From contig VBPC01000173.1 in the NCBI GenBank assembly GCA_005887895.1, positions 3,006 to 67,005 on the forward strand: a stretch of 64,000 nucleotides of DNA, in the 5' to 3' direction. This DNA is from Candidatus Rokuibacteriota bacterium. Its GTDB lineage: Bacteria > Methylomirabilota > Methylomirabilia > Rokubacteriales > CSP1-6. Shown one piece after another: positions 42,425 to 52,661 of the stretch. Made by a program: the position numbers and the translations under genes. The first letter of the stretch is position 1. Each line of letters begins with the position of its first letter. A model generated the notes under the pieces. It ran no database searches, was not told the DNA's origin, and saw only the letters and a list, made by a program, of their open reading frames with translations.

Positions 42425-42617
42425 TGCCGCGTCCTCGTCGCGCCGGCGCCTCGCGCGCCGGCCGCCGTCACCAGGCGGCGCCCCGCTGGCCCGGGCGGCG
42501 AGCCGGCCCGTCCTGGTCCGCAGTCCGCACCGTCCTCGCGTCGGGTCGTGTTGACCGGCGCTCGGCCGCGTGGTCCTGCCCGACGGGTATTTCGTGGCGG
42601 GGTGTTACAATCGCGGC

Positions 42618-43583
42618 GTGAATTCCGGGACGCGATCGGTCTTTGTCGTGACGGGTGGGGCGGGGTTCATCGGGTCGCATGTCGTCGAGCGGCTGTTGCG
42701 TGATCAGCCGGGGGCGACGGTACGGGTGCTCGACGATTTCTCGACCGGTAGCGAGGCGAACCTGCCGTTTGCGGCCGCCGCCGGGAACCGGCTGGAGATC
42801 GTGCGCGGCGACATCCGGGATCTCGACACGGTGGAGCGGGTGGCGACGGGGGCGTCGGTGATCTTTCATCAGGCGGCGCTGCGGTCGGTGCCGCGGTCGG
42901 TGGACGATCCGCTCGGCACGAACGCGCGGAACGTGACGGGCACGCTGCACGTGCTCGAGGCGGCGCGGCGCCAGCGCGTGCGGCGCGTGGTGTACGCGTC
43001 GTCGTCGTCGGTGTACGGCGACCGGCCGGAGCTGCCCAAGCGCGAGGACCAGCCGCCGGCGCCGATCTCGCCCTACGCGGTCTCCAAGGCGGCCGGCGAG
43101 CAATACGCCCGGGTGTGGACGCAGCTCTACGGCGTCGAGACGGTGGGCCTCCGCTACTTCAACGTCTTCGGACCGCGGCAGGACCCCGCCTCCGAGTACG
43201 CCGCCGTCATCCCGCGCTTCATCCTGTGGGCGCTGCACGGCACGCCGCTCGAGGTGCACGGCGACGGCGAGCAGTCGCGCGACTTCACCTACATCGACAA
43301 CGTGGTCGACGCCAACCTGGCCGCGGCGAGCGCGCCGGCCGCCGCCGGCGAGGCCTTCAACGTCGGCTGCGGCAATCGCGTGAGCCTGCTGGAGATCATC
43401 GGGCGGCTGGAGAAGATTCTCGGCCATCCCGTGGCACGGCGGCACACGCCGGCCCGGGCGGGCGACGTGCCGCACACCCAGGCCGACGTGAGCAAGGCCG
43501 AGAAGCTGATGGGCTACGTGCCGCAGGTCGACTTCGACGAAGGCTTCCGGCGGACGGTCGACTACTTCAGGAGGAGCGCATGA
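42618..43583 (+). CDS. NAD-dependent epimerase/dehydratase (UDP-GlcNAc/Glc 4-epimerase-like)
   Basis: The cofactor motif is VFVVTGGAGFIGSHVV, and the catalytic pair is SSSSVYG...YAVSKAAGE (YxxxK). A GTG at 42618 is the inferred start; the ORF-track GTG at 42570 would add an atypical 16-aa extension. Confidence 0.8.
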   Translation: MNSGTRSVFVVTGGAGFIGSHVVERLLRDQPGATVRVLDDFSTGSEANLPFAAAAGNRLEIVRGDIRDLDTVERVATGASVIFHQAALRSVPRSVDDPLGTNARNVTGTLHVLEAARRQRVRRVVYASSSSVYGDRPELPKREDQPPAPISPYAVSKAAGEQYARVWTQLYGVETVGLRYFNVFGPRQDPASEYAAVIPRFILWALHGTPLEVHGDGEQSRDFTYIDNVVDANLAAASAPAAAGEAFNVGCGNRVSLLEIIGRLEKILGHPVARRHTPARAGDVPHTQADVSKAEKLMGYVPQVDFDEGFRRTVDYFRRSA

Positions 43584-44986
43584 CGCGCCGAGCGCTGCTC
43601 GCGATGCTGGGCGCGGCGCTGGTGGCGGTGGCCGGCGGCGCCGGGGCCGACGCCCAGGGTCCGCCGAACCTCGTCGTCCAGGTGTCGACCGAGCCGCCCG
43701 GCCTCGACCTCACCGCGACGCCGGCCTCGGCCACCGCCGGGGTCGTTCTCTACAACATCCAGGAGTGCCTGCTGAAGGTCGATCGACACGGCAAGCTCGT
43801 GCCGTGGCTGGCCGAGCGGTGGCACACCGCGGACAACCGCAACTACACGTTCTTCCTCCGGCGCGGTGTGCGCTTCCACAACGGCCGCGAGCTCAAGGCC
43901 GCCGACGTGAAGTACGTGTTCGAGCGGGCGCTGAACCCGGAGACCAAGCATCCCTACGCGAAGGACTACGAGGCGATCGGCGACATCATCGTCAAGGACG
44001 ACTACACCGTCACCTTCACGCTCAAGAGCGTCAACGCCAACTTCCTGCAGAACATCGCGCGTCAGGGCTCGGTGATCTATCCGCGCGACAAGGACTACTA
44101 CGTCAAGGGGCTGCCGAAGCTCGATCGCGTCACCTTCCGCTTCATCACCGATCCCAACGCGATCCAGGCCGCCCTGAAGGCCGGCGACATCGACGCCTCG
44201 CTGTTCGGGCTCGGGGCCGAGCACGTGCAGGACTTGCAGAAGGACCCGCGGTTCACGGTCATCGTGGGCGACACCACCAACGACGTCATCCTCGCCATGA
44301 ACAACTCGCGCAAGCCCTACCGCGACGTGCGCGTGCGGCGGGCGATGACGTACGCGATCAACAAGCCGGACGTCCTCAAGGGCGCCATGTTCGGCATGGG
44401 CAAGATCCTCGGCACCAACGTCGATCCGCTCAATCCCTACTACGTCGACCTCTCGAACGCGATGCCCTACGATCCCGCCCGGGCCAGGAAGCTGCTGGCC
44501 GAGGCCGGCTACCCGAACGGGTTCGAATCCGTCCTCCGGGTCTCGCCCCAGTACCAGTACACGGTGCGTTCGGGTGAGGTGATCGTCGACAACCTGCGCA
44601 AGGTCGGCGTCAATGTGAAGATCGAGCAGATCGAGTGGGCGCAGTGGCTCGCCCGCGTCTTCCGCGAGGCCGACTACGACCTCACGATCATCGGACACGC
44701 CGAGGCGTGGGACATCAAGAACTACGCGAACCCGAAGTACTACTTCCGCTACGACAGCCCGAAGTTCCAGGAGCTCTTCACGAAGTCCGAGGAGACCGTG
44801 GACGACGCCAGGCGCCGCGACCTCTACGTGCAGATGCAGAAGCTGCTGGTGGAGGAGGCGCCGGCGGTGTGGCTCTACATGCACCCCCGCCTGGCGGTGG
44901 CCAAGAAGGGCGTGCAGGGCCTCTGGAAGGACCTGCCCGTTCCGGCCGCCGACCTCTCCGAGGTCTCGTGGACGCCGGCCAAGTAA
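43580..44986 (+). CDS. ABC transporter substrate-binding protein, family 5 (peptide/nickel)
   Basis: A signal peptide (MTRRALLAMLGAALVAVAGG) is followed by the SBP_bac_5 fold. Its ATG overlaps the upstream stop. Confidence 0.8.
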   Translation: MTRRALLAMLGAALVAVAGGAGADAQGPPNLVVQVSTEPPGLDLTATPASATAGVVLYNIQECLLKVDRHGKLVPWLAERWHTADNRNYTFFLRRGVRFHNGRELKAADVKYVFERALNPETKHPYAKDYEAIGDIIVKDDYTVTFTLKSVNANFLQNIARQGSVIYPRDKDYYVKGLPKLDRVTFRFITDPNAIQAALKAGDIDASLFGLGAEHVQDLQKDPRFTVIVGDTTNDVILAMNNSRKPYRDVRVRRAMTYAINKPDVLKGAMFGMGKILGTNVDPLNPYYVDLSNAMPYDPARARKLLAEAGYPNGFESVLRVSPQYQYTVRSGEVIVDNLRKVGVNVKIEQIEWAQWLARVFREADYDLTIIGHAEAWDIKNYANPKYYFRYDSPKFQELFTKSEETVDDARRRDLYVQMQKLLVEEAPAVWLYMHPRLAVAKKGVQGLWKDLPVPAADLSEVSWTPAK

Positions 44987-45000
44987 GCCTCGCCTAGCGC

Positions 45001-45945
45001 GTGCGCGGTTACGCCGCCCGGCGGGTCGCGGCGCTCGCCGTCACCCTCCTCTTCGTCTCGGCGCTGGTGTTCGTGGTCGTGCGCGTGCTGCCCGGCGATC
45101 CGGTGGCCGTCATCATGGGCACCGAGGGCGGCCGCGAGGCCGGCGACCGCCTGCGCCGGGCGATGGGCCTCGACCGGCCGCTGCCGCTGCAATACCTGAC
45201 CTGGGTCGCCGGCGCGCTGCGCGGCGATCTGGGGCGCTCGATCCAGTACGACGTGCCCGTCGGCGCGCTCATCCTCTCCCGCCTGCCGGTGACGCTGCCG
45301 CTGACCCTCCTGGCCGCCGCCTTCATGGTGCTGGCCGCGCTGCCGCTCGGCCTCTACGCCGCCACCCGCCATCGGCGCGCCGGGGACTACGCGGCCATGA
45401 TCGTGTCGCAGATCGGCATCTCGGTCCCGCAGTTCTGGTCGGGCCTGCTGCTCATCCTCTTCTTCTCGGTGCGGCTCGGCTGGGTGCGCTCGGGCGGCTT
45501 CGACGGCTGGTCGGCCGGCGTCGGACCGGCCCTCCGCTCGCTGCTGCTGCCGGCGGTCGCGCTCGGGTTCTTCCAGGCCGCGGTGCTGGTGCGGGCCACG
45601 CGCTCGGCCGTGCTCGACGTGCTGCGGGAGGACTATGTGCGCACCGCGCGCGCCAAGGGCGTGAGCGAGCCGCGCGTGCTGGCCCGGCACACGCTCCGCA
45701 ACGCGCTGATCCCGATCGTGACCGTGGCCGGCATCCAGCTCGGGCAGCTCGTGGCGGGCTCGATCGTGCTGGAGTCGGTGTTCGCGCTGCCGGGCCTCGG
45801 TCGCCTGGCCCTCGGCGCGATCACCGCGCGCGACCTGCCGGTGGTGCAGGGGGTCGCACTGTTCGTGGCCTCCGTCATCGTCGTCATCAACTTCGCGGTC
45901 GACCTGGCCTACGGCCTCCTCGACCCGCGAATCCGGTACGAGTAG
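45001..45945 (+). CDS. ABC transporter permease (DppB/OppB-type)
   Basis: The protein has six TM helices and the EAA-like block RTARAKGVSEPRVLARHTLRNALIP. Confidence 0.8.
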   Translation: MRGYAARRVAALAVTLLFVSALVFVVVRVLPGDPVAVIMGTEGGREAGDRLRRAMGLDRPLPLQYLTWVAGALRGDLGRSIQYDVPVGALILSRLPVTLPLTLLAAAFMVLAALPLGLYAATRHRRAGDYAAMIVSQIGISVPQFWSGLLLILFFSVRLGWVRSGGFDGWSAGVGPALRSLLLPAVALGFFQAAVLVRATRSAVLDVLREDYVRTARAKGVSEPRVLARHTLRNALIPIVTVAGIQLGQLVAGSIVLESVFALPGLGRLALGAITARDLPVVQGVALFVASVIVVINFAVDLAYGLLDPRIRYE

Positions 45946-45946
45946 G

Positions 45947-46768
45947 GTGGCCCGCCGGCGGCCGCTGCGCCACCTCACCTTCACGCTCGGCGCTCTCATC
46001 ACGATCGCGCTGCTCGCCACCGCCGGCCTCAGCCTGCTCTACACACCGGCCGATCCGCTGGCGATGTCGATCGGTGGCCGGCTGCAGGGGCCCTCCGGTG
46101 TCCATCCGTTCGGGACCGATCAGTTCGGCCGCGACATCCTGTCGCGCGTCATGACCGGCGCCGTCACCTCGATCGCCGTCGGCGTGATCGCCGTCGGCAT
46201 CGGCGCCGGCGTCGGGGTGGTGCTCGGCCTCCTGAGCGGCTACGTCGGCGGCTGGCTCGACGAGTGGCTGATGCGGCTGGTCGACGCCGTGCAGGGGTTT
46301 CCGGCCATTCTCTCCGCGCTGCTGTTCACCGCGGTGTTCTCGCCGGGCATGGTCGTCAGCATGGTCGCGATCGGCATCGCCTTCGTCCCCGCCTTCGCCC
46401 GACTCGCCCGCGGCTCGGTGCTCGAGCTGCGCGAGCGCGAGTTCGTGGTGGCCGCGCGCGCGCTCGGCGGCCGCGACGCGCGGCTGCTGCTGCGTCACAT
46501 CCTGCCGAACTCGCTGCCGCCGCTCATCGTGCAGGCCACCACCAGCTTTCCCGTGGCGATCCTGGCCGAGGCGGCGCTAGCGTATCTGGGTCTGGGAACG
46601 CAGCCGCCGTATCCGTCGTGGGGGCTCATGCTGAAGGAGGCGCAGAATTTCCTGTCGCTCAATCCGTGGTTCGCCGTCTTTCCGGGCGGGGCCATCGCCC
46701 TCACCGTGCTTGGTCTGAACCTTCTGGGCGACGGCCTGCGCGACCTGCTGGACCCGAAGACCGCTTGA
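45947..46768 (+). CDS. ABC transporter permease (DppC/OppC-type)
   Basis: The EAA block is FVVAARALGGRDARLLLRHILPN. Confidence 0.8.
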   Translation: MARRRPLRHLTFTLGALITIALLATAGLSLLYTPADPLAMSIGGRLQGPSGVHPFGTDQFGRDILSRVMTGAVTSIAVGVIAVGIGAGVGVVLGLLSGYVGGWLDEWLMRLVDAVQGFPAILSALLFTAVFSPGMVVSMVAIGIAFVPAFARLARGSVLELREREFVVAARALGGRDARLLLRHILPNSLPPLIVQATTSFPVAILAEAALAYLGLGTQPPYPSWGLMLKEAQNFLSLNPWFAVFPGGAIALTVLGLNLLGDGLRDLLDPKTA

Positions 46769-46780
46769 GCATCCTTATTT

Positions 46781-46816
46781 GACAATTGTGCAAAGGTACC
46801 TTTATCGTATCGGTTG
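46781..46816 (+). promoter_or_regulatory. AT-rich island with a TTGACA box about 100 nt upstream of yjbQ (candidate promoter)
   Basis: The stretch tttgacaattgtgcaaaggtacctttatcgtatcgg is the lowest-GC patch in this part of the window. TTGACA is followed 17-19 nt later by TTATCG/TATCGT. Confidence 0.25.
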
Positions 46817-46886
46817 GCCTCGGCGCTGGCACGCCGGCTTGAACATCGCTGGCGAATCTGACGGGCGCCTCGGAGAATGCACGGAC

Positions 46887-47315
46887 ATGAAGGTCTTCAG
46901 TACGTCGTTGACGCTGTCGACGGAGGAGCGTACCGAGGTCTCGGACATCACCAAGCTCATCCGTGAGGTGGTTCAGCAGTTCCCGGTGGCGAACGGCATC
47001 GCGCTCATCAATACGCTCCACACGACCTGCGCGCTCTTCATCAACGAGTTTCAGAGCGCGTTGATCGACGATCTCAAGGGGCTCATCGAGCGGCTGGTGC
47101 CGGAGCGGGGCGGCTACCGTCACGATGACCCGCGCTTCTCCGACTGTGAGCGGGGCAACGCCCACGCCCACCTGCGGGCCGCGCTGCTCGGTCGCAACCT
47201 CGCCGTCGGGCTCGTGAACGGCGAGCTGTCGCTGGGGCGGTTCCAGTCGGTGATCTTCGCGGAGCTCGACGGGCCGCGAAAACGAGAGATCACCGTCCAG
47301 ATCCTCGGAGAATAG
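46887..47315 (+). CDS. YjbQ/UPF0047-family protein (secondary thiamine-phosphate synthase-like)
   Basis: The sequence MKVFSTSLTLSTEERTEVSDITKLI...IALINTLHTTCALFINE...RGNAHAHLRAALLG matches this family. Confidence 0.7.
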   Translation: MKVFSTSLTLSTEERTEVSDITKLIREVVQQFPVANGIALINTLHTTCALFINEFQSALIDDLKGLIERLVPERGGYRHDDPRFSDCERGNAHAHLRAALLGRNLAVGLVNGELSLGRFQSVIFAELDGPRKREITVQILGE

Positions 47316-47460
47316 CGGCCCTCCGTCCGACCTGCGTCCCTCCCGCCGCCTCTCGGCGCGCCGGGCGCGGCGCATCAAGGATTTGACCGGCCCCCACCCG
47401 CTGTGCTGCTAGAATTCGTGTTCAGGTGTTGAACATGCCCGGCGCTCCCGCGCCCCGTCG

Positions 47461-49167
47461 ATGACCGCTCTCGTTGCTCCCCACGGCGGGCGCCTCGTCG
47501 ACCTGCAGGTGGCCGCCGCCGAGGCGACGGCGCTGCGGGCGGAGGCCGCCCGCTTGCCCTCGCTGCAGCTCTCCGATCGCGCGGTGTGCGACCTCGAGCT
47601 GCTCGCCTCGGGCGGCTTCTCGCCGCTCGAGCGCTTCATGTCGCGCGCCGATCACGACCGGGTGGTCGGCGAGATGCGGCTGGCCGGGGGCGCGCTGTTT
47701 CCGATCCCGGTGACGCTGCCGGTCGAGCCCGGCGCCGCCGGCCTGCGACTCGACGGGCGCGTCGCGCTGCGCGACAGCCGCAACGACCTGCTCGCCGTGA
47801 TGACGGTCGAGGAGATTTACGAGTGGGACTGGCGGCCGGTCGCTGGCGAGGTGTTCGGCACGCTCGACGCCCGGCATCCCCTGGTGGCCGAGATGCAGCG
47901 CTGGGGCCGCCTCAACGTTTCGGGGCGGCTGCAGCAGCTGCAGCCGCCGGCCCGCCACGACTTCCGCGACCTGCGCCTCACGCCCGCCGAGACCCGCGCC
48001 CGGCTGGCCGCCCTCGGCCGCGCCAACGTCGTCGCATTCCAGACGCGCAACCCGCTGCACCGCGTGCACGAGGAGCTGACCAAGCGTGCCGTCGCCGGCG
48101 CGGACGGCGTGCTGCTGCTGCACCCGTCGGTCGGTATGACGAAGCCCGGCGACGTCGATCACTACACGCGCGTGCGCGGCTACAAGGCGCTGGCCGAGAA
48201 GTACTACGAGAGCGACCGGATCGTGCTGGCGCTGCTGCCGCTGGCCATGCGCATGGCGGGCCCGCGCGAAGCCCTCTGGCACGCCCTCATCCGGCGCAAT
48301 CACGGCGCCAACCACTTCATCGTGGGCCGCGACCACGCGAGCCCCGGCGTCGACTCCGCCGGCCGGCCGTTCTACGGTCCCTACGACGCCCAGGAGCTCG
48401 TGGCCAAGCATCGCGACGAGCTCGGCGTCCGGATGGTGCCGTTCAGCGAGCTGGTGTACCTGCCCGACGAGGATCGCTACGAGGAGATCTCGCGCGTCAG
48501 CGCCGCCACGCGCACCGCCTCGATCTCCGGCACCCAGGTGCGCGAGCAGTACCTGAACCAGGGCCGCCCGCTGCCGGCGTGGTTCACGCGGCCGGAGGTC
48601 GCCGAGATCCTCGCCGAGACGTACCCGCCGCGCCACCGCCAGGGCGTCTGCGTCTGGTTCACCGGCCTCAGCGGCAGCGGCAAGTCCACGACTGCCGACG
48701 CCCTCACGGTGCTGCTGCTCGAGTGCGGCCGCCAGGTCACGTTGCTCGACGGCGACGTCGTCCGCACGCACCTGTCCAAGGGCCTGGGCTTCAGCCGCGA
48801 GGATCGCGACACGAACATCCGCCGCATCGGCTTCGTCGCCGCCGAGATCGTGCGCCACGGCGGCCTGGCCCTGTGCGCCGCCGTCAGCCCCTACCGGGCG
48901 ACCCGCGACGAGTGCCGCGCGATGGTCGGCGCCGACCGCTTCGTCGAGGTCTTCGTCGACACCCCGCTCGACGTGTGCGAGGCGCGTGACAGCAAGGGCC
49001 TCTACGCCAAGGCGCGGCGCGGCGAGCTGCGCGGCTTCACCGGCATCGACGATCCGTACGAGGCGCCGGCGGCGGCCGAGTTGACGCTGGACACTGTGAG
49101 CCACTCGGTGGCCGACAACGCCCGCCGCGTCCTCGACGAGCTCCGCCGGCGCGGCTTCGTGCGCTGA
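47461..49167 (+). CDS. Bifunctional sulfate adenylyltransferase (ATP sulfurylase) / adenylylsulfate kinase
   Basis: The N-terminal domain carries the ATP-sulfurylase blocks [17 protein letters not shown] and GRDHASPG. The C-terminal domain carries the APS-kinase P-loop [16 protein letters not shown]. Confidence 0.85.
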   Translation: MTALVAPHGGRLVDLQVAAAEATALRAEAARLPSLQLSDRAVCDLELLASGGFSPLERFMSRADHDRVVGEMRLAGGALFPIPVTLPVEPGAAGLRLDGRVALRDSRNDLLAVMTVEEIYEWDWRPVAGEVFGTLDARHPLVAEMQRWGRLNVSGRLQQLQPPARHDFRDLRLTPAETRARLAALGRANVVAFQTRNPLHRVHEELTKRAVAGADGVLLLHPSVGMTKPGDVDHYTRVRGYKALAEKYYESDRIVLALLPLAMRMAGPREALWHALIRRNHGANHFIVGRDHASPGVDSAGRPFYGPYDAQELVAKHRDELGVRMVPFSELVYLPDEDRYEEISRVSAATRTASISGTQVREQYLNQGRPLPAWFTRPEVAEILAETYPPRHRQGVCVWFTGLSGSGKSTTADALTVLLLECGRQVTLLDGDVVRTHLSKGLGFSREDRDTNIRRIGFVAAEIVRHGGLALCAAVSPYRATRDECRAMVGADRFVEVFVDTPLDVCEARDSKGLYAKARRGELRGFTGIDDPYEAPAAAELTLDTVSHSVADNARRVLDELRRRGFVR

Positions 49168-49171
49168 CCGG

Positions 49172-49798
49172 ATGGACCGTCACGACGCCCGCCAGCTGGA
49201 GATCCTGACCGCGATCGGTGAGGGCCGGCCGCTCAGCCAGCGCGCGCTGGCCGAGCGGGTGGGGATCGCGCTCGGTCTCGTGAACCTCTACCTGCGCCGG
49301 CTCAGCCGCAAGGGCTACGTGAAGATCACCGAGTTCCCCACCAAGCCCGCCGCGCGCAAGCGGCTGCGGTATCTGCTGACGGCCAAGGGCCTGACCGAGA
49401 AGAGCCGGCTCACCTACGAGCACATGCTCTACTCGCTGCACCTCTTCCGCCGCACGCGGGAGACGCTGCGGGCGTCGCTGGCGCTCATGGCCGGGCGGGG
49501 CATGAAGCGCGTGGCGCTCTACGGTCCCGGCGAGGCGGCCGAGCTGGCCTACCTCACGCTGAAGGAGTTCGGGCTGGAGCCGATCGGCGTCTTCGCGCCC
49601 ACCGCCGGCGGCGAGTTCCTCGGCTTTCCCGTGCAGGCTGCCGCCGCGCTGCGGCCCGAGGACCTGGACGCCGTGATCGTGGCGACATTCGACCGGCCGC
49701 AGGTGGAAGTCGCCGCGCTCGTGCGCCAGGGCATCCCGGCCGCCAAGTGCCTGACGCTGCGGCGGCTGACGCCGGCCGCGAACGGGAACGGCGCGTGA
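49172..49798 (+). CDS. Winged-helix transcriptional regulator (MarR-like N-terminus) with a C-terminal Rossmann-like domain
   Basis: The HTH is LSQRALAERVGIALGLVNLYLRRLSRKGYV. The C-terminal block is KRVALYGPGEAAELAYLTLKEFGLEPIGVF. Confidence 0.5.
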   Translation: MDRHDARQLEILTAIGEGRPLSQRALAERVGIALGLVNLYLRRLSRKGYVKITEFPTKPAARKRLRYLLTAKGLTEKSRLTYEHMLYSLHLFRRTRETLRASLALMAGRGMKRVALYGPGEAAELAYLTLKEFGLEPIGVFAPTAGGEFLGFPVQAAAALRPEDLDAVIVATFDRPQVEVAALVRQGIPAAKCLTLRRLTPAANGNGA

Positions 49799-51642
49799 GC
49801 CGCTTCGCCGACGCGCGCCGCCTCGCGCGGCTGCTGCGCCGCTACGTGGCGCCGTACTGGCCGGCGCTGGGAGTGCTGCTGCTGACCAGCGCGCTGGCCA
49901 CCGGGCTGGCCGCGCTGTTGCCCGTCGTCATGGCGCCGATCCTCGACCTGGCGCTGGGCGGCGCCCGGCCGACGCCGGCCGGCGGTGTGGGGCTGGGTGG
50001 CCTGAGCCTGACCAATCTCGGCGGCGCGGTGCTCGGGTGGCTCGGCGCCTCCGCGGTCGACGATCGCTTCCGCGCCATCGCGCTGCTCTGCCTGGCCTAC
50101 GTCGCCGTGGGCCTCGTCAAGGGCTGGCTCGACTTCGGCAACTACCTGCTGGCGTTGTGGCTGCGCGTGCGCGCGGCCAGCGCGCTGCAGGCCGATCTCT
50201 TCCGCCATCTGCTGACGATGTCGATGAGCTTCTTCACGCGTCACCGCTCGGCCGAGCTCGTCTCGCGGCTGTCCACCGACACGCGCTCCGCCACCGCGGG
50301 CCTGGAGACGATCGTCTGCACGGTCTTCAGCGCGCCACTGCTCATCGCGTTCTACGCCTACCTGCTGGCGCGGACGAATCCACGCCTGGTCGGAGCCGCC
50401 CTCGCCGCCGCGGTGCTGCACTATGCGGTCACGCGGGGCATCCGCGGGCCCGTGCGTCGGTTCGCGACCGACCAGTTCTCGGTGCTGGCCGAGGTGGCCT
50501 CGCGCTTCCAGGAGGCGCTCGTCAACGTCCGCACGGTGAAGTCGTTCGCGGCGGAGACGTTCGAGCTCCGGCGGCTGGGCGCCACGCTGCGCGAGGTGCT
50601 GCGGGTCAACGTGAAGTTCGGCGTGTACAAGCACATCGAGGAGCCGGCGCGCGCCGTCGTCAACTACGTCGTGGAGGCCGGGCTGATCCTCCTGGCGGCG
50701 TGGGAGCTCCTGGCCGGACGTCTCACCGCGCCGGCGTTCTTCCTCTTCCTTTATGTGGGCCGCGCCGTCATGGTCCAGATCGGCCTCCTGGCCGGCGCCT
50801 ACACGGCCATGCAGGGCATCCTGGCGGCCACCAGCCGGGTGGACGAGCTGTTCGCCGAGCGCCCGGCCGTGCCCGACGGCGCGGAGACGATCGACGCGTT
50901 CCGCGACCGCATCGCGCTGCGCGACGTCACCTTCCGCTACGGCGACGGCGAGCCGGTGCTCTGGCGGGTGACCCTCGACGTCCGCAAGGGCGAGGTGGTG
51001 GCGGTGGTGGGGCCGAGCGGCGTCGGCAAGTCGACGCTGGTCGACCTCGTGCTGCGCCTGTACGATCCCACCGCCGGCGTGATCACCATCGACGGGCGCG
51101 ACCTCCGGTCGCTGCGGCAGCACGCCTATCGCCGACTCTTCGGCGTCGTCGCCCAGGAGCCGCTGCTGTTCAACACGACGATCCGCGACAACATCGCCTA
51201 CGGTCGCGACGACGTGGCCGAGGCCGAGATCGTGCGCGCCGCCCGCGTGGCCAACGCGCACGACTTCGTCGTGGAGTTCCCGGACGGCTACGACACGGTG
51301 GTGGGCGATCGCGGCATCCGCCTGTCCGGCGGCCAGCGCCAGCGGATCGCCATCGCGCGGGCGGTGGTCGGCAGCCCGCCCATCCTCATCCTCGACGAGG
51401 CGACGAGCTCGCTCGACAGCGAGTCGGAGCGCCTGGTGCGCCAGGCGATCGAGCAGGTCGTGCAGGGGGCCACGTCGATCGTCATCGCGCACCGGCTGTC
51501 GACGGTGCTGCACGCCGACACGATCGTGGTCCTCAACCGGGGCGGGGTGGAGGCGGTCGGGCGCCACGCGCAACTGCTGGAGACGAGCGAGACCTACGGC
51601 AGCCTGTACCGGCTGCAGTTCAGCGAGGCCGGCGCGGTATGA
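49795..51642 (+). CDS. ABC exporter, fused permease-ATPase (MsbA/lipid-A-flippase-like)
   Basis: A six-TM domain is followed by Walker A GPSGVGKST, the signature LSGGQRQRIAIARA and Walker B ILILDEATS. The GTG start overlaps the upstream stop. Confidence 0.8.
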   Translation: MSRFADARRLARLLRRYVAPYWPALGVLLLTSALATGLAALLPVVMAPILDLALGGARPTPAGGVGLGGLSLTNLGGAVLGWLGASAVDDRFRAIALLCLAYVAVGLVKGWLDFGNYLLALWLRVRAASALQADLFRHLLTMSMSFFTRHRSAELVSRLSTDTRSATAGLETIVCTVFSAPLLIAFYAYLLARTNPRLVGAALAAAVLHYAVTRGIRGPVRRFATDQFSVLAEVASRFQEALVNVRTVKSFAAETFELRRLGATLREVLRVNVKFGVYKHIEEPARAVVNYVVEAGLILLAAWELLAGRLTAPAFFLFLYVGRAVMVQIGLLAGAYTAMQGILAATSRVDELFAERPAVPDGAETIDAFRDRIALRDVTFRYGDGEPVLWRVTLDVRKGEVVAVVGPSGVGKSTLVDLVLRLYDPTAGVITIDGRDLRSLRQHAYRRLFGVVAQEPLLFNTTIRDNIAYGRDDVAEAEIVRAARVANAHDFVVEFPDGYDTVVGDRGIRLSGGQRQRIAIARAVVGSPPILILDEATSSLDSESERLVRQAIEQVVQGATSIVIAHRLSTVLHADTIVVLNRGGVEAVGRHAQLLETSETYGSLYRLQFSEAGAV

Positions 51643-52661
51643 GCAGGCCGGCGCGACAGGGGAGGGCGACCGTGGGCGGTGTCCAGGGCGTCGTGAACTG
51701 GGCGGAGGCGTCGGTGCTGGTGACCGGCGGCACCGGCTCGTTCGGCAACAAGTTCGTGGAGATCATGCTCGAGAAATACCACCCGCGCCGCCTGGTGGTG
51801 TTCAGCCGCGACGAGCTCAAGCAGTCGGAGATGATGGGGCGCTTCAAGGATCCCAGCCTGCGCTTCTTCGTGGGCGACGTGCGCGACAAGGAGCGGCTGG
51901 AGCGCGCGATGCACGGCGTCGACGTCGTGATCCACGCCGCCGCCCTCAAGCAGATCCCCTCCTGCGAGTACAACCCCTTCGAGGCGATCCAGACCAACGT
52001 CATCGGGGTCAAGAACGTCATCGACGCGGCGATCGACCAGGGCGTGCCGCGGGTGATGGCCATCAGCACCGACAAGGCCGTCAACCCGATCAACCTCTAC
52101 GGGGCCACCAAGCTCTGCGCCGAGAAGCTGGTCGTGCAGGGCAACGCCTACGGCCACCCGCGTTCCACGATCTTCAGCGTGGTGCGCTACGGCAACGTCA
52201 TCGGCAGCCGGGGCAGCGTCATCCCGCTCTTCGCCGAGCAGAAGCGCACCGGCACGGTGACGGTGACCGACCCCGACATGACGCGCTTCTGGATCCGGCT
52301 CGAGGACGGCGTCGCCTTCGCGATCCGGTGCATCGAGCGGATGCGGGGCGGCGAGATCTTCGTGCCCAAGATCCCCAGCATGCGCATCCTCGACCTCGTG
52401 CAGGCGGTGGCGCCCGGCTGCCGGGTGGACGTCATCGGCATCCGGCCCGGCGAGAAGCTGCACGAGATCCTGATCTCCGAGGACGAGAGCCGCCAGGCCG
52501 TCGAGTTCGACGACATGTTCGTGGTGGAGCCCATCTATCCCTCGTGGCCGTTTCCCGCCTGGGAAGGCGGGAAGCGGCCCGGCGCCGGCTTCCGCTACTC
52601 GAGCGACACGAATCAGTGGTGGCTCAGCGGTGCCGAGATGCAGGACCTGGCCCGTGGCTGA
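51639..52661 (+). CDS. pseB: UDP-N-acetylglucosamine 4,6-dehydratase (inverting), PseB/FlaA1 family
   Basis: The blocks are VLVTGGTGSFGNKFV, YGATKLCAEK (YxxxK) and the PseB-typical HAAALKQIPSCEYNPFEAIQTNVIGVKNVIDAAI. Confidence 0.85.
   Translation: MSRPARQGRATVGGVQGVVNWAEASVLVTGGTGSFGNKFVEIMLEKYHPRRLVVFSRDELKQSEMMGRFKDPSLRFFVGDVRDKERLERAMHGVDVVIHAAALKQIPSCEYNPFEAIQTNVIGVKNVIDAAIDQGVPRVMAISTDKAVNPINLYGATKLCAEKLVVQGNAYGHPRSTIFSVVRYGNVIGSRGSVIPLFAEQKRTGTVTVTDPDMTRFWIRLEDGVAFAIRCIERMRGGEIFVPKIPSMRILDLVQAVAPGCRVDVIGIRPGEKLHEILISEDESRQAVEFDDMFVVEPIYPSWPFPAWEGGKRPGAGFRYSSDTNQWWLSGAEMQDLARG

Noticed and set aside
42570-42617. The ORF-track start (GTG 42570) for the epimerase, adding MVLPDGYFVAGCYNRG
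   Set aside because: The extension is atypical for Rossmann-fold epimerases, where GxxGxxG sits within about 10 residues of the N-terminus. The GTG at 42618 restores a canonical N-terminus. This is kept as a low-confidence call rather than a certainty.
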